Positions 60,397 to 64,000 of a stretch of 64,000 nucleotides of DNA are shown here, piece after piece. Every line of letters starts with the position of its first letter. The first letter of the stretch is position 1. Made by a program: the position numbers and the translations under genes. Origin of the DNA: Eledone cirrhosa (taxonomy: Eukaryota); NCBI GenBank assembly GCA_964016885.1, contig OZ024747.1, forward strand, positions 29,016,001 to 29,080,000. The letters are read 5' to 3'. A model generated the notes under the pieces. It worked only from the letters and a program-made list of their open reading frames with translations. It was not told the origin of the DNA and made no database searches.

Positions 60397-63300
60397 GGAG
60401 TAGAGTATTCCATCTGAATAGCATGGAGTATAGCCTAGAATGATGTGTAATATCTTTCTAGCTTAGGGTAGAATATAACATCTAACTAGTCTGAAGATGA
60501 GTGGGAGGAAGTGTAATGTCTTACCCGAGTGTATTGTCGTTGGTCATTGTTGCTGTATAGTCTGGACACATCCTGTTAGTTATGAATATTTTATAATGAC
60601 TAGAAATAGTTGCCTGAAGGCAGTAAAAAGTCAGTATTGGAAGAGCAATGCACCTGAGAGAATGACTTGTGATATTTATTTATATTAGTTATTGATATGT
60701 ACAGATGGTAAGGTAACTCTGATGAGATTGGGTTTTTACCCAGTTTTACTGGATAAAATATTTTTTCCTCTCAGATTATTTTGCAAATAAGTACTGGGGC
60801 CAATTTTATCCAACTAACCTTTCCCAACAAATCTTTGGCATTGTGTCTGTTTTAGAAACAATTATCACAATTGGTGGTCTTCGGACAAGCAGTGGATTAG
60901 CAGAATTGTTAGAACATTGGACAAATGCCTTGAGGTATTTATTCTGAGATCAAATCTTACTGAAAAAAATTTTATTTTTCATCTTATGGGGCTAATAAAA
61001 TATAGTACCAGTCGGTTTAACCAATTGCTTTCCGCACTGACATTTTTGGCCTTGATCCTTTGTTGGAATTGATCATTACTGGCATTTAGACTCAAATATA
61101 AAAACTTTATGATGGTCTGCCAAAGTTAACTGAAAAAATAGCTCAGTGAAGATTGTTATTGGCAGGTCACATCCTGAAGAAATGTAGAGCAAGACATCTG
61201 GTATGGGTTTCTTTCCCCGTTTCAATTGGAAGATCAAATGAAATGGTAAAAGATTTAAGAAATAAAATTGTTTTGGTATTAAAATCTGAAAACTCTATTG
61301 CAAGTGAGAGGTGTCACATGTCACAGCCATTGTAGGTGAAAGTTGTTGCATATTACATCTCAACAATTGCAGGTGAGACCAGTCATAAATATTTTATATA
61401 TATATATTATATAGTTTTTCTTTTTTTTGTACATTTAAAAAAATTTTAAACTAAAATTAGTATTGATCACACCAGTTTGTGTGAGGTTAGTAAAAACACT
61501 ATTGTACACTATTACACTGATTTTAAAAGAGAAATTCATGAGTTTTGGGCTAGAAAATATGGAAATATGAGAAGAGGAAATTAATCAAAAACTCTAACAT
61601 CATGTTTGATAAAGAAACTGAAATAAGACATAGAGTATTTAAGAATGGTAATTAGTAACTAAGGATCTGTTAAATGTGCTTGCCACAAGAGACACAATTC
61701 AATTTTCTGCATGCAGGCGTTTTTGTCTACTTTTCCATCTCTAGAGTCACTTTATACTTAACTATTCAACTATTATTTATAACATCAAATTATTATTGTA
61801 GTTATCTACATTGTGGCAACTATATTTTCAAATTTCCCAATGCTTCATTAGTCAATCAAATGTTTCCCAATGCTTCATTAGTGTCTCTGTAACATTAAAA
61901 TAGGACAGAGGACAGAAATCCTCAAATAAAGGGCATGTTCTGTATATATATACAGGACTTTAGACAACACTAAATACGGGGTGGGACAAATCATGAAGTA
62001 GAGTGTCGTGTATATACACAAAATGTTGGGCATTCCTATATACGGGACATGACAAAACCAGGAAGTTTAGGGTGCCCCATATGTGTGTATATATATATAT
62101 TACACTAATACAAGGGGAGCAAACAATAATATCACTGATGAAGCCACAGGTGTGTGACGAAAGAATGCTAAGAAACTATATTTATATCTATGGTTGGTCA
62201 ATCAATGATAAACATTGATTGCCAGTTGAATTAATTATAGAAATATAAAACATACTGAAGCAAAAAACAATCCAAACCAAACAATGAGTGTGTTTTCCAA
62301 TATATTTCTGGCAATATTATAACATGACCCTCCCCAAATATAACAGTATATATATATAACCACACACACACACGCACGTGTGTGTGTGCGCGCGTCCCAG
62401 GTTCACTCATGGATAACCACAGTAAGTAAGTTACTCAATACATAGTAGAGTATATACAAGATGTCTGAAAGCCACGACAATGCTGGTTTGGACAGAATAA
62501 TTAAATCGTAAGAAACAAGGCTTATTTACTTATTTTTTTTTTTACCTTAATTTACTCATATGTCCTGATATTTCGAGATTAACATCTCTTCTTCCGTGGA
62601 AAATAAAGGAACTATTCCAGTGTCCGATGTGGTATGAGACATTGAAGTAACATTAATACAGAAGACAAATCATAAAATAGAGGACATAACCACAGTTTTC
62701 AATACTTCCAATGAGACGTGTATGTTTATTATACATGAACATATTGCATATGCTTTTATATACGACTCTATGATGAACCATGATGTGATAGTGCTACTAC
62801 TAACTAATACCAGCCAGTCAAATTTGCATTATACGCAAATAAGCAGTTCCATAAATGTATTATTTGAAAGAACCAATACAAACTATTAGCTAGTTTTGCC
62901 TCAGAATCGAGTAAGCGTCACAACATTCTCACATGGCTACCGAGTTAGCTATGACATGATCATAGCTTAAAATACCCACAGTGAGACATGTAAGTTTATT
63001 ATACATGTTGGACCTCCAGTTTGTGAAATTATCGTGTAAGTGGCTGAGCATTCCACATACACTTGTGCCCATAACTCAATTCTAAGGGAGATTCAAGTCA
63101 GTTTTGCCAACAATAAATAAAGTGTCTCACTCAAGGACTTAACGCACAGCCAATAATCGAATTAATGACCTAAGAACACTTTAACCACTAAGCCACGAGA
63201 ATTCATATTATATATACATAGATATATTATTTAAGCTTTCATACATGCTTCTACTATGTTCCATATATAAAGGACTTTTGGGCAGCTATAAATAAAATGA

Positions 63301-63641
63301 TCTTATGGACATGCTTAGGCAATAAAGAGAGGAGTGGATGGAGGGGAGAGGGAAACTAAATAAAGAATGTCTTGGTCTTGGGTTTCCTGTAATATGGCCT
63401 ATTCCGGAATTAGCTAGCATCTCTTTTGATATGATATATGATATGTGTGTATCTTTTTTTTTTACTTATGTGTGTGTGTATATATATATATATATATGAC
63501 TTTAGGTCAATTTGACAATCGCCACCGCCGAAAATCGTAAAATTATAAAATTAAATTGTTATAGTTAACCAACTACAGGTGAAGTCTTTCTTTTCCTTTT
63601 TTCAAATATACTTTAATGTACTAAGGTTCTCGCACATTTTC

Positions 63642-63645
<4 letters not shown>

Positions 63646-63724
<79 letters not shown>
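63646..63724. repeat. Perfect (CA)n microsatellite
   Basis: Seen directly. Confidence 0.95.
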
Positions 63725-63726
<2 letters not shown>

Positions 63727-63853
63727 TAGGTCAAGACAGATAAAAAGTAGACACAAACACTCATAAACACACACCCACTTAACATAAATATATGATTATA
63801 TATACAACATTCATCTGTCTATCTAATTATACATGTAAAGGAGTACTGTTTCA

Positions 63854-63884
<31 letters not shown>

Positions 63885-64000
63885 GTGTGTATGTATAAAA
63901 AGAGGCATGGAGGCGCACAGAACAAAGACCGGAAAAAACCGGAAAAATGGTCAGTCTCATCTCTTATATATATATACACAAAAAGTAGATATCTGTTCTC

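Overview
AT-rich, microsatellite- and transposon-dense animal genomic DNA, most likely an octopus (inferred from the [17 protein letters not shown]-type C2H2 array and the SINE/RTE repertoire). There are no prokaryotic features or CRISPR arrays. Splicing the exons by hand gives five protein-coding genes, most of which the ORF track misses: the last two exons of mitochondrial ferredoxin-2 (FDX2, +); a 19-finger C2H2 zinc-finger gene (-); a six-exon UBE2U-like E2 whose catalytic Cys is replaced by Gln (-); the GATA-like factor ZGLP1 (+); and an 11-exon Elongin A (ELOA, +). The most interesting signal is gene order. FDX2 and ZGLP1 are neighbours at human 19p13.2, and UBE2U sits in the paralogous 1p31.3 segment, so FDX2-UBE2U-ZGLP1 looks like an ancient pre-vertebrate-duplication block into which a lineage-specific ZNF gene has inserted. 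Other highlights: a Chapaev3-type transposon 3 bp past the ZNF stop codon, with decayed fingers beyond it; a Merlin fold-back element; several Penelope-type hammerhead ribozyme cores, two of them sense-oriented in introns; and inverted repeats bracketing the UBE2U HPN exon. All family assignments come from motif recognition, not database searches. Repeat boundaries are approximate unless TIR/TSD sequences are quoted.
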